From NCBI GenBank assembly GCA_000002445.1, contig CP000070.1, forward strand, positions 416,001 through 480,000: 64,000 nucleotides of DNA, given 5' to 3'. Source of the stretch: Trypanosoma brucei. Taxonomy: Eukaryota. The stretch's first letter is position 1. The number at the start of each line of letters is the position of its first letter. Both the position numbers and the translations under genes were made by a program. Under the pieces are notes generated by a model, which saw only the letters and a list, made by a program, of their open reading frames with translations, did not search any database and was not told the origin of the DNA. Below, piece by piece: positions 54,308 through 64,000 of the stretch.

Positions 54308-55246
54308 ATGGTTTTGAGACACACCACATATCAGTTCTTCAACATTACATATGTGTAAATCCATATTTACAAAAGGTACAGCTTTTGAATATCTGCATAA
54401 TTATTTGAAGTATTATTATCTAATGAAGTGAACAGTAGATGTCACTAAAATGCAAATAGTAATAATCCTCTGAAAGGCATAAATACTGTTTCACACAATA
54501 CTCTAAAGTAATGCAGCGCTATGCCATGAATACTTCCACAGAAGATACAACAACTAATGTGCGATAGTTAGTCATAATGATGCCTTCCATGTGATGAACT
54601 CTGCAATACAAATCATACGTTGAACAGAAACTAAAACATTAAATACTAAATATAAATGCATGGGGGAGTGATGTAAACTATAAGAGGGTTTATGTACGTC
54701 AAGGAAGTTTCATTAGAATACAATAATAGTTTTGAATTTTATTAAACAACTTAAAGCTTAACCACATGTGTGGAAACAACAATCACTTCACTATAGCATT
54801 TGTAGATTAGTGATTGTTACTGAAATAAATGAAAAAAAACAAATGAAGTAAATACGGCAAGCACTGCATCCCATATTCTGTATTCATCACTGTGTGCTGA
54901 CGCGTTTGAGTAGCTTTGCCCATTGACAGAAAAAAAAATAATAAATAAATGAAATCTCTTCTTGCATCTTGTACAAGTGTATTTCAACAAAACAAAGACG
55001 TAAAAGAAATTTTATGCTTAATATATTTACTCATTTATTTGAAGGAAAGGTACAATAGCCAAAAAACTATAAAGGTGCATGTGAGTTATACTTCATTGTC
55101 AGATAAAGTTAACTTCACAACCCTCCTGAAACACAAAAGGAAAATTAAAAGAATTACAATGAAGAAACAGAAGGAATACAATATGTTTTTGCCAACCTCT
55201 AACATGTTATATGTAAAAGTGACGAAATGGTCTTCACAATAGGATG
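51736..55246. repeat. Extremely AT-rich (~25% GC) 3.5-kb spacer of the array; includes (TA)9(GA)9 at 54270-54306 and short direct repeats ('tcaatata' x3 near 52725-52760)
   Basis: Composition and repeats read directly. The same spacer recurs at 57320-60849 with (TA)10(GA)13 at 59856-59900. Confidence 0.9.
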
Positions 55247-57319
55247 CTACTCATGACCTCGTTTCCGTGTGAATGCTGGTGCATCTCGATATTTTCTCTC
55301 TTCATGATACGCTATTATAAGCTCTTTCTGTATCTTTTTATCAAATGTTATTTGATACTGGTCAATACCATCCCAAAATACTTGTGTTTCCTCAGTTTGT
55401 TGCTCAGCATCAGCGGTGTTGTTGTTCACACATCGTTGCCGCGTCTTAATCACACCACCATAAATAGCATTAACATATATCATCTCCCATGCCATGTTAC
55501 GAGAAAAGGTATCCCAATCGGAAAAATACCTTGCAATGTTTGTCATAAATTCCTGTAACTCTGAAACACTTGCTTCTTTCCTGTAATTATCTGTTATTTG
55601 AATAAGCACAATAGTCTTTGAGGCAACTCCCAGTTGTGGAAAACCATCCCTCATATCCGCAACCCTTCTAGAGCAATCTTCCACAAAGAAAAAGCCATCC
55701 ACAAAAAGCTTACTCTTTTCCAATGACCTGTAGAGCACTTTGTATTTACAGTTTCCAATTGCATTCTGTCCAGCTTCTGGTAAGAACTTTTGTTCAAAAA
55801 TTTGAAACTGTTGTGGGGTCATATCTTTCAGGATGCTACGCTTGTCTTCCGTCTCTCCGAGTCTTCGGAGGTAGTTCAAATGTTTTGTGACCACACAAAA
55901 GACTCTAGGAAAGAGAAGTGAAACCAAAGCCCTTGTTTTAAGCGAGTAGGCTCCGACCTTACCGTATTCCATCATGAATTCATGGGATGACATACTTTCC
56001 GCAACATCTGCAAACAGCGTACAGAGTATCATATTCCCAATGGCAACTGATAGAGGTCTACAGTGGTATGATTCGAGGTTTCCATATCTGCTCCTCTCCC
56101 GTACAATCTTTATTAACGATTCTGTGAAATGATTACCTTTCCATTCAAAATATTTTCCCATCATCATATCATAGCCATCTCGTCTATTACAACTGAGACT
56201 GCTTAGATACCTTATTACCGCCGCCTCACGACAGCAAGCTCCATTACTGAAAACATAACGAGGCAGCGGCCCCACAACGTCAACACGTCTCTCCACCAAC
56301 CTCCACTCATCCTCTAGTTCTTCCTTAACCTTCAAACGAGCATTTTCATCGAGAGTCGTATAGTTGGGAAATACGGACAGTTTCTTCCAAGCCACAAACG
56401 CCTTAATGTCACGTACGTCATCGCAGTTTAAAATTATCCTTGTTTGTTCCAGGTTCTTCATCCAGTACTTGTAGCGAACTCCATCTGGGGGTGCGAGGAC
56501 AGTCACACCCCAAACATTTCTTGGGATCTCATAAGGCAGAGTTTCCTTAGGACTATTAATATCAAAAATAATATGCCCTCTTTTTTTTAGACGCATTTCT
56601 TCAATAACATTAGTGACGTCTTCTCTCTCGTACAATACAACCCTCCCTTCCTCATTCCCCTTCTTGTTGTATATAAGGTAAGCGTCCACATCCGTGAAAT
56701 ACACAACGACATCAAGCATTCCTTCATGGAAGTGAAGTAGGGAATGAAGTAAAAATGATCCAACTCCACATGATTTTCCAATACCAGATATACCAATGAC
56801 AATGTGTGTTGGTGGTGTGCTCTCTGTCTTTTCCACCCACCATGCATTTAATTTTCGTTGTATTATATACCACACACGCATCATTTCACGACGGACGTAA
56901 ATATGACCTCCATTTCCCCCATATAAACTAATGAGAGAACATTGAAATCCGCATGATGGGTTACATATCTTTGATGTAAGGACAAAGATCTCCAGGCCAG
57001 TGGGTCTCTCCTCAAGTTCCGCATCAACTTCACAATGTTCAGGAGTTATATCCACTTCTTCTTCCGTCCATATGTGTTGTGGTCTTCCAAAGAATACCTT
57101 CATACCGAGTGGCTCTTGATTATAACCTGACATCACATAACTCCACTTCGCATAATACAGAGACTCATATAACTCCTCTTCACGAGATTTCCTTTTTCCA
57201 GTTACCGATGGATTCTGCATCTGTCGTCCACCTCGTTCCTGCACTTCACCTTGTGCACGATTAAACCGTTCGTTAAACACATTCTGAGTATTTCTCATAT
57301 TGCCGTTGTTTTGAATCAT
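55247..57319 (-). CDS. P-loop NTPase-like / RHS-like protein, array copy 2 (690 aa; divergent, 'GWP' motif replaced)
   Basis: Same as copy 1 but with 'KICNPSCGF' replacing 'KMGWPSDRF'. Copy-2-specific substitutions include Q28R, HK>YE, R>P and F>V. Confidence 0.45.
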   Translation of the reverse strand: MIQNNGNMRNTQNVFNERFNRAQGEVQERGGRQMQNPSVTGKRKSREEELYESLYYAKWSYVMSGYNQEPLGMKVFFGRPQHIWTEEEVDITPEHCEVDAELEERPTGLEIFVLTSKICNPSCGFQCSLISLYGGNGGHIYVRREMMRVWYIIQRKLNAWWVEKTESTPPTHIVIGISGIGKSCGVGSFLLHSLLHFHEGMLDVVVYFTDVDAYLIYNKKGNEEGRVVLYEREDVTNVIEEMRLKKRGHIIFDINSPKETLPYEIPRNVWGVTVLAPPDGVRYKYWMKNLEQTRIILNCDDVRDIKAFVAWKKLSVFPNYTTLDENARLKVKEELEDEWRLVERRVDVVGPLPRYVFSNGACCREAAVIRYLSSLSCNRRDGYDMMMGKYFEWKGNHFTESLIKIVRERSRYGNLESYHCRPLSVAIGNMILCTLFADVAESMSSHEFMMEYGKVGAYSLKTRALVSLLFPRVFCVVTKHLNYLRRLGETEDKRSILKDMTPQQFQIFEQKFLPEAGQNAIGNCKYKVLYRSLEKSKLFVDGFFFVEDCSRRVADMRDGFPQLGVASKTIVLIQITDNYRKEASVSELQEFMTNIARYFSDWDTFSRNMAWEMIYVNAIYGGVIKTRQRCVNNNTADAEQQTEETQVFWDGIDQYQITFDKKIQKELIIAYHEERKYRDAPAFTRKRGHE

Positions 57320-59853
57320 TCCTATCTCAAAATAATAACTTTAAATAGGTAATATTGTGTTACTTTCTGAACATATATGTGTTTGTGTGTGTTAAATCAA
57401 ATAGTAAAATGAAGGGAATGATGTGTACACACTATCAAGCAACACATATATACAGTTCATGAATATCATAAACTAACAGAACAAATCATAACCCCTCCTT
57501 ACAGTTAAACCCCTTAACAACCCCTTGCATATATTGAATAGTGATGTTCAATCAATTAAATATTCTGTATGAAAGCATGAGTAATAAGATTTTTAGATAT
57601 GAGAGATAACAAACACGAAATCCTAAGTGAAGAATACTACTATTTCATATAATATAATATGTATGCATATAGTATAATATGTCATACTTTTTGAAATAAT
57701 AAACAATAGTATTAATAATGAGATAAACAGAATTTACAATAATAGATTATACATTGCACACGTAATAATGAGGACAACGTATGTCACAAAGGTTCTTAAT
57801 TATAACATCGAAAGAACATTAACTCAAAGCATCAGCATATACTGCACATACAAACTGTTATTCATTATAACATCTTGGCTCCATTTCACAGCATAGACGA
57901 CAATGTTTGAGTGTAAACCGTAACATACAAAACCCAACACAAATATCTTCTGTACTGTCAAATATTGGGATGGTATCTCATCTCATTATTAAACACTTTC
58001 AACATTATCTTGTTGTCTCCTTGTTTGGGAACTCTCATCTGTGACACTAAGGAATATGTGAAGATATTAAGATCATTTATTTTTTTATTTCCTAGTTGCA
58101 TTTGCAATTGTTCACGTATTCTTTCAGTACACGCAAAAAAATTGAAAGTTTAAGGAAAATTGAATTATGAGAATAAGGAAACAAAGGATAAATTTTCTGT
58201 GAACAATAAAATATTATATAATATCTCAAATCTTCTGCAGTGATTCACCACATGTGGAAAATATATGCAATAGTTACATAACACTGACAACACTGAATAA
58301 AGGAATATATTCAATATACTCAATATAGTCAATATATTTAATGCAAATATTACATGGAATATAAGAAGTGTAAGGAATCAAAGAAATATAAAAAATAAAA
58401 TGTAATGGAGAATGATGGAAACTTAAGATACATCTATGTGAGCATAGCGTTGTGTGAGTAGAAATCATGTGCATATTTTATCTTAATCTTTCCCTATATT
58501 GTACTCACTCACTCGTAAAATTTAATCATGGAAATAAAGTTTAGGGAATAGTAAAGTTGTTCTTCCACTCGCATCAAGACACAAATACCTGCTTTCTGTC
58601 ATTGGAAATCATGTGTCTTTATTAAATTGTAGTATCCAATAATGAAAAAGAAGTACTCTATTACTATATCACTCATCATTTCCTACATCCCTAAATATAT
58701 CGCATATTGTCACTATACATATTCTTTTTCTTTTTCATATACCATACAACAATCATATATTATTTACTTCCTTTCTTTAACCTGATGTTGTAATGTTCCT
58801 TTTGGAAGATACAAATAAATAATTGTACAAATATTAACACAAGAGTAATAATAGAAGAAAAGAATTACCTTAAGGAAACTACATGGAACTTCCATTATAT
58901 AAGATACTACACTTCATATAAGGGGGAAATACGTAACAGTGGTTGTATCTTTTATTTGTCCTCAGTGTATCGGCAATCCTTCAGTAGACACTGCTTTGCA
59001 ACTGATTTCTTTTATGGATTAAGTTAGTCAGCAGTGTTGAGACAGGTTCCCCCGCATGAGGAGTGAAGGGACAAAACAATATTCCTACCTTCTAACCTAT
59101 TGAACAAGAATGTCTCAAACAATATCATTTGTCCCTATTTATTTCTGCAGATGCAAATGCTATTGATGGGTGAGATACATCTAAACAGCAACGGATATAA
59201 CTATACTCATACAGTGTTTCTTTGATTTCTTCTCGTCACCACAGTTGTGTTGGGTTACAAATATATACACAGCACTCCACTTTGTGGCTATAAGTCTCTT
59301 TAATATTTGAATGAAATCCTGCTTATCGCTACTGCAATATTTCACACTCTGTGAGGGACACTGATATTTGCTTCTTTCGTCCATTTCATATTTTGATAGT
59401 TATGTAAATATCTTATGTGCAATCCATCTCCTTTCCAAAATAAATAAAAAGAAAGATAAAAGCATAAGCAATTATCGACATAAAAACTGGAATGAGTCTC
59501 TCGGTTACACGTCGCACGCTTCTAACATATAGACATGCTGCATGTAACCTATTTTTGTTGTTTCATTCATGTGTCAGTATGATAAAATGAAAATAGTCTC
59601 ATGTTTCTCCTTGTGCTTTTGTATTGCATAAACTACTGGACTCGTCATCTCTTCCACCTATTCATCACACAGGAGTTGTTCACTTGCTTTACATATAGCA
59701 TATAGTAAAAATACAAAATATCACATTATTAAATTAATACTTCACTATAAGCAATAAAGCTTACTTGATTTTGTTTATTTCATTTATATCTGAGTTGAAT
59801 TACATATGTTAATTGAAATTATTCCACTACTCAAAGATACAAACACTTTATTG

Positions 59854-59900
<47 letters not shown>

Positions 59901-60849
59901 ATGGTTTTGAGACACACCACATATCAGTTCTTCAACATTACATATGTGTAAATCCATATTTACAAAAGGTACAGCTTTTGAATATCTGCATAATTATTTG
60001 AAGTATTATTATCTAATGAAGTGAACAGTAGATGTCCCTGAAATGCAAATAGTAATAATCCTCTGAAAGGCATAAATACTGTTTCACACAATACTCTAAA
60101 GTAATGCAGCGCTATGCCATGAATACTTCCACAGAAGATACAACAACTAATGTGCGATAGTTAGTCATAATGATGCCTTCCATGTGATGAACTCTGCAAT
60201 ACAAATCATACGTTAACAGAAACTAAAACATTAAATACTAAATATAAATACATGGGGGAGTGATGTAAACTATAAGAGGGGTTATGCACGTCAAAAAAGT
60301 TTCATTAGAATACAATAATAGTTTTGAATTTTATTAAACAACTTAAAGCTTAACCACATGTGTGGAAACAACAATCACTTCACTATAGCATTTGTAGATT
60401 AGTGATTGTTACTGAAATAAATGAAAAAAACAAATGAAGTAAATACGGCAAGCACTGCATCCCATATTCTGTATTCATCACTGTGTGCTGACGCGTTTGA
60501 GTAGCTTTGCCCATTGACAGAAAAAAAAATAATAAATAAATGAAATCTCTTCTTGCATCTTGTACAAGTGTATTTCAACAGAACAAAGACGTAAAAGAAA
60601 TTTTATGCTTAATATATTTACTCATTTATTTGAAGGAAAGGTACAATGGCCAAAAAACTATAAAGGTGCATGTGAGTTATACTTCATTGTCAGATAAAGT
60701 TAACTTCACAACCCTCCTGAAACACAAAAGGAAAATTAAAAGAATTACAATGAAGAAACAGAAGGAATACAATATGTTTTTTCCAACCTCTAACATGTTA
60801 TATGTAAAAGTGACGAAATGGTCTTCACAATAGGATGCTACTCATGACC

Positions 60850-62910
60850 TCATTTCCGTGTGAATGCTGGTGCATCTCGATATTTTCTCTCTTCATGATA
60901 CGCTATTATAAGCTCTTTCTGTATCTTTTTATCAAATGTTATTTGATACTGGTCAATACCATCCCAAAATACTTGTGTTTCCTCAGTTTGTTGCTCAGCA
61001 TCAGCGGTGTTGTTGTTCACACATCGTTGCCGCGTCTTAATCACACCACCATAAATAGCATTAACATATATCATCTCCCATGCCATGTTACGAGAAAAGG
61101 TATCCCAATCGGAAAAATACCTTGCAATGTTTGTCATAAATTCCTGTAACTCTGAAACACTTGCTTCTTTCCTGTAATTATCTGTTATTTGAATAAGCAC
61201 AATAGTCTTTGAGGCAACTCCCAGTTGTGGAAAACCATCCCTCATATCCGCAACCCTTCTAGAGCAATCTTCCACAAAGAAAAAGCCATCCACAAAAAGC
61301 TCACTCTCCTCCAATGACCTGTAGAGCACCTTGTATTTACAGTTTCCAATTGCATTCTGTCCAGTTTTTGGTAAGAACTTTTGTTCAAAAATTTGAAACT
61401 GTTGTGGGGTCATATCTTTCAGGATGCTACGCTTGTCTTCCGTCTCTCCGAGTCTTCGGAGGTAGTTCAAATGTTTTGTGACCACACAAAAGACTCTAGG
61501 AAAGAGAAGTGAAACCAAAGCCCTTGTTTTAAGCGAGTAGGCTCCGACCTTACCGTATTCCATCATGAATTCATGGGATGACATACTTTCCGCAACATCT
61601 GCAAACAGCGTACAGAGTATCATATTCCCAATGGCAACTGATAGAGGTCTACAGTGGTATGATTCGAGGTTGCCATATCTGCTCCTCTCCCGTACAATCT
61701 TTATTAACGATTCTGTGAAATGATTACCTTTCCATTCAAAATATTTTCCCATCATCATATCATAGCCATCTCGTCTATTACAACTGAGACTGCTTAGATA
61801 CTCTATTACTGCCGCCTCACGACAGCCAGCTCCATTACTGAAAACATAACGAGGCAGCGGCCCCACAAAGTCAACACGTCTCTCCACCAACCTCCACTCA
61901 TCCTCTAGCTCTTCCTTAACCTTCAAACGAGCATTTTCATCGAGAGTCGTATAGTTGGGAAATAGGGACAGTTTCTTCCAAGCCACAAACGCCTTAATGT
62001 CACGTACGTCATCGCAGTTTAAAATTATCCTTGTTTGTTCCAGGTTCTTCATCCAGTACTTGTAGCGAACTCCATCTGGGGGTGCGAGGACAGTCACACC
62101 CCAAACATTTCTTGGGATCTCATAAGGCAGAGTTTCCTTACGACTATTAATATCAAAAATAATATGCCCTCTTTTTTTTAGACGCATTTCTTCAATAACA
62201 TTAGTGACGTCTTCTCTCTTGTGCAATACAACCCTCCCTTCCTCATTCCCCTTCTTGTTGTATATAAGGTAAGCGTCCACATCCGTGAAATACACAACGA
62301 CATCAAGCATTCCTTCATGGAAGTGAAGTAGGGAATGAAGTAAAAATGATCCAACTCCACATGATTTTCCAATACCAGATATACCAATGACAATGTGTGT
62401 TGGTGGTGTGCTCTCTGTCTTTTCCACCCACCATGCATTTAATTTTCGTTGTATTATATACCACACACGCATCATTTCACGACGGACGTAAATATGACCT
62501 CCATTTCCCCCATATAAACTAATGAGAGAACATTGAAATCTATCTGAGGGCCAACCCATCTTTGATGTAAGGACAAAGATCTCCAGGCCAGTGGGTCTCT
62601 CCTCAAGTTCCGCATCAACTTCACAATGTTCAGGAGTTATATCCACTTCTTCTTCCGTCCATATGTGTTGTGGTCTTCCAAAGAATACCTTCATACCGAG
62701 TGGCTCTTGATTATAACCTGACATCACATAACTCCACTTCGCATAATACAGAGACTCATATAACTCCTCTTCACGAGATTTCCTTTTTCCAGTTACCGAT
62801 GGATTCTGCATCTGTCGTCCACCTTGTTCCTGCACTTCACCTTGTGCACGATTAAACCGTTCGTTAAACACATTCTGAGTATTTCTCATATTGCCGTTGT
62901 TTTGAATCAT
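60850..62910 (-). CDS. P-loop NTPase-like / RHS-like protein, array copy 3 (686 aa; stop 4 codons early relative to copies 1 and 2)
   Basis: Nearly identical to copy 1. A single C>T on the + strand at 60852 converts Arg to stop. A few substitutions are present (EA>KT, K>E). Confidence 0.5.
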   Translation of the reverse strand: MIQNNGNMRNTQNVFNERFNRAQGEVQEQGGRQMQNPSVTGKRKSREEELYESLYYAKWSYVMSGYNQEPLGMKVFFGRPQHIWTEEEVDITPEHCEVDAELEERPTGLEIFVLTSKMGWPSDRFQCSLISLYGGNGGHIYVRREMMRVWYIIQRKLNAWWVEKTESTPPTHIVIGISGIGKSCGVGSFLLHSLLHFHEGMLDVVVYFTDVDAYLIYNKKGNEEGRVVLHKREDVTNVIEEMRLKKRGHIIFDINSRKETLPYEIPRNVWGVTVLAPPDGVRYKYWMKNLEQTRIILNCDDVRDIKAFVAWKKLSLFPNYTTLDENARLKVKEELEDEWRLVERRVDFVGPLPRYVFSNGAGCREAAVIEYLSSLSCNRRDGYDMMMGKYFEWKGNHFTESLIKIVRERSRYGNLESYHCRPLSVAIGNMILCTLFADVAESMSSHEFMMEYGKVGAYSLKTRALVSLLFPRVFCVVTKHLNYLRRLGETEDKRSILKDMTPQQFQIFEQKFLPKTGQNAIGNCKYKVLYRSLEESELFVDGFFFVEDCSRRVADMRDGFPQLGVASKTIVLIQITDNYRKEASVSELQEFMTNIARYFSDWDTFSRNMAWEMIYVNAIYGGVIKTRQRCVNNNTADAEQQTEETQVFWDGIDQYQITFDKKIQKELIIAYHEERKYRDAPAFTRK

Positions 62911-64000
62911 TCCTATCTCAAAATAATAACTTTAAATAGGTAATATTGCGTTACTTTCTGCACATATGTGTGTGTGTGTGTTAAATCAAATAGTAAAATG
63001 AAGGGAATGATGTGTACACACTATCAAGCAACACATATATACAGTTCATGAATATCATAAACTAACAGAACAAATTATAACCCCTTCTTACAGTTAAACC
63101 CCTTAACAACCCCTTGCATATATTGAATAGTGATGTTCAATCAATTAAATATTCTGTATGAAAGCATGAGTAATAAGATTTTTAGATATGAGAGATAACA
63201 AACACGAAATCCTAAGTGAAGAATACTACTATTTCATATAATATAATATGTATGCATATAGTATAATATGTCATACTTTTTGAAATAATAAACAATAGTA
63301 TTAATAATGAGATAAACAGAATTTACAATAATAGATTATACATTGCACACGTAATAATGAGGACAACGTATGTCACAAAGGTTCTTAATTATAACATCGA
63401 AAGAACATTAACTCAAAGCATCAGCAAACATGCACATACAAACTGTTATTCATTATAACATCTTGGCTCCATCTCACAGCATAGACGACAATGTTTGAGT
63501 GTAAACCGTAACATACAAAACCTAACACAAATATCTTCTGTACTGTCAAATATTGGGATGGTATCTCATCTCATTATTAAACACTTTCAACATTATCTTG
63601 TTGTCTCCTTGTTTGGGAACTCTCATCTGTGACACTAAGGAATATGTGAAGATATTAAGATCATTTATTTTTTTATTTCCTAGTTGCATTTGCAATTGTT
63701 CACATATTCTTTCAGTACACGCAAAAAAATTGAAAGTTTAAGGAAAATTGAATTATGAGAATAAGGAAACAAAGGATAAATTTTCTGTGAACAATAAAAT
63801 ATTATATAATATCTCAAATCTTCTGCAGTGATTCACCACATGTGGAAAATATATGCAATAGTTACATAACACTGACAACACTGAATAAAGGAATATATTC
63901 AATATACTCAATATAGTCAATATATTTAATGCAAATATTACATGGAATATAAGAAATGTAAGGAATCAAAGGAATATAAAAATAAAATGTAATGGAGAAT

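Larger units (their letters stand above)
49021..64000 (-). repeat. Head-to-tail tandem array of units of about 5.6 kb (49021-54603, 54604-60195, 60196-window end; continues beyond window)
   Basis: Alignable starts 'caatacaaatcatacgtt' at 49021, 54604 and 60196. The ORFs, the microsatellites and the short antisense ORFs recur with periods of 5,584-5,603 bp. Confidence 0.95.

Noticed and set aside
1-64000. CRISPR arrays, rRNA genes, tRNA genes, spliced-leader RNA genes
   Set aside because: None of these was found: there are no short regularly spaced direct repeats with unique spacers, no rRNA-like conserved blocks, no A/B box tRNA candidates and no SL-RNA sequence. The organism is eukaryotic, so CRISPR does not apply.

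Overview
This window reads as kinetoplastid (Trypanosoma brucei-group-like) nuclear chromosome DNA. From 1 to ~47.0 kb about 28 intronless protein-coding genes all sit on the + strand, in the usual polycistronic layout, separated by pyrimidine-rich intergenic tracts and (TA)n, (GT)n or (CT)n microsatellites. Genes I can name from motifs are listed below.

- SIR2-family sirtuin.
- Pelota/Dom34.
- NFU Fe-S scaffold.
- Three tandem ribosomal protein L7 (uL30) genes, unit 1,013 bp.
- Two tandem adenine phosphoribosyltransferase paralogues, the second ending in the PTS1-like tripeptide SRL.
- A CDK-like kinase.
- Glycine dehydrogenase (GCVP).
- A leucine-rich-repeat protein.
- A GDA1/CD39 nucleoside phosphatase.
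- A FYVE zinc-finger protein.
- A Fam20/Four-jointed-like secretory kinase-like protein.
- A small divergent eIF4E-like protein.
- An alpha/beta hydrolase.

A 5,561-bp block of four genes is tandemly duplicated at about 99.9% identity (25393-30953 and 30954-36514). Its junctions fall at a (TA)n microsatellite. A 75-bp third partial unit supplies the 5' flank of the next gene.

At 47.0-49.7 kb there is a convergent strand switch. Beyond it the composition drops to roughly 25-40% GC. From there a head-to-tail array of units about 5.6 kb long runs to the window end, with at least three units. Each unit holds a 690-aa minus-strand ORF with a Walker-A-like GISGIGKS motif and a 'VLTSKMGWP' motif. 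I tentatively relate it to the retrotransposon-hot-spot (RHS) family. Each unit also carries a 3.5-kb extremely AT-rich spacer. This array is the most unusual structure in the window.

I found no rRNA, tRNA or CRISPR features; I identified no snoRNA-like ncRNA with confidence.
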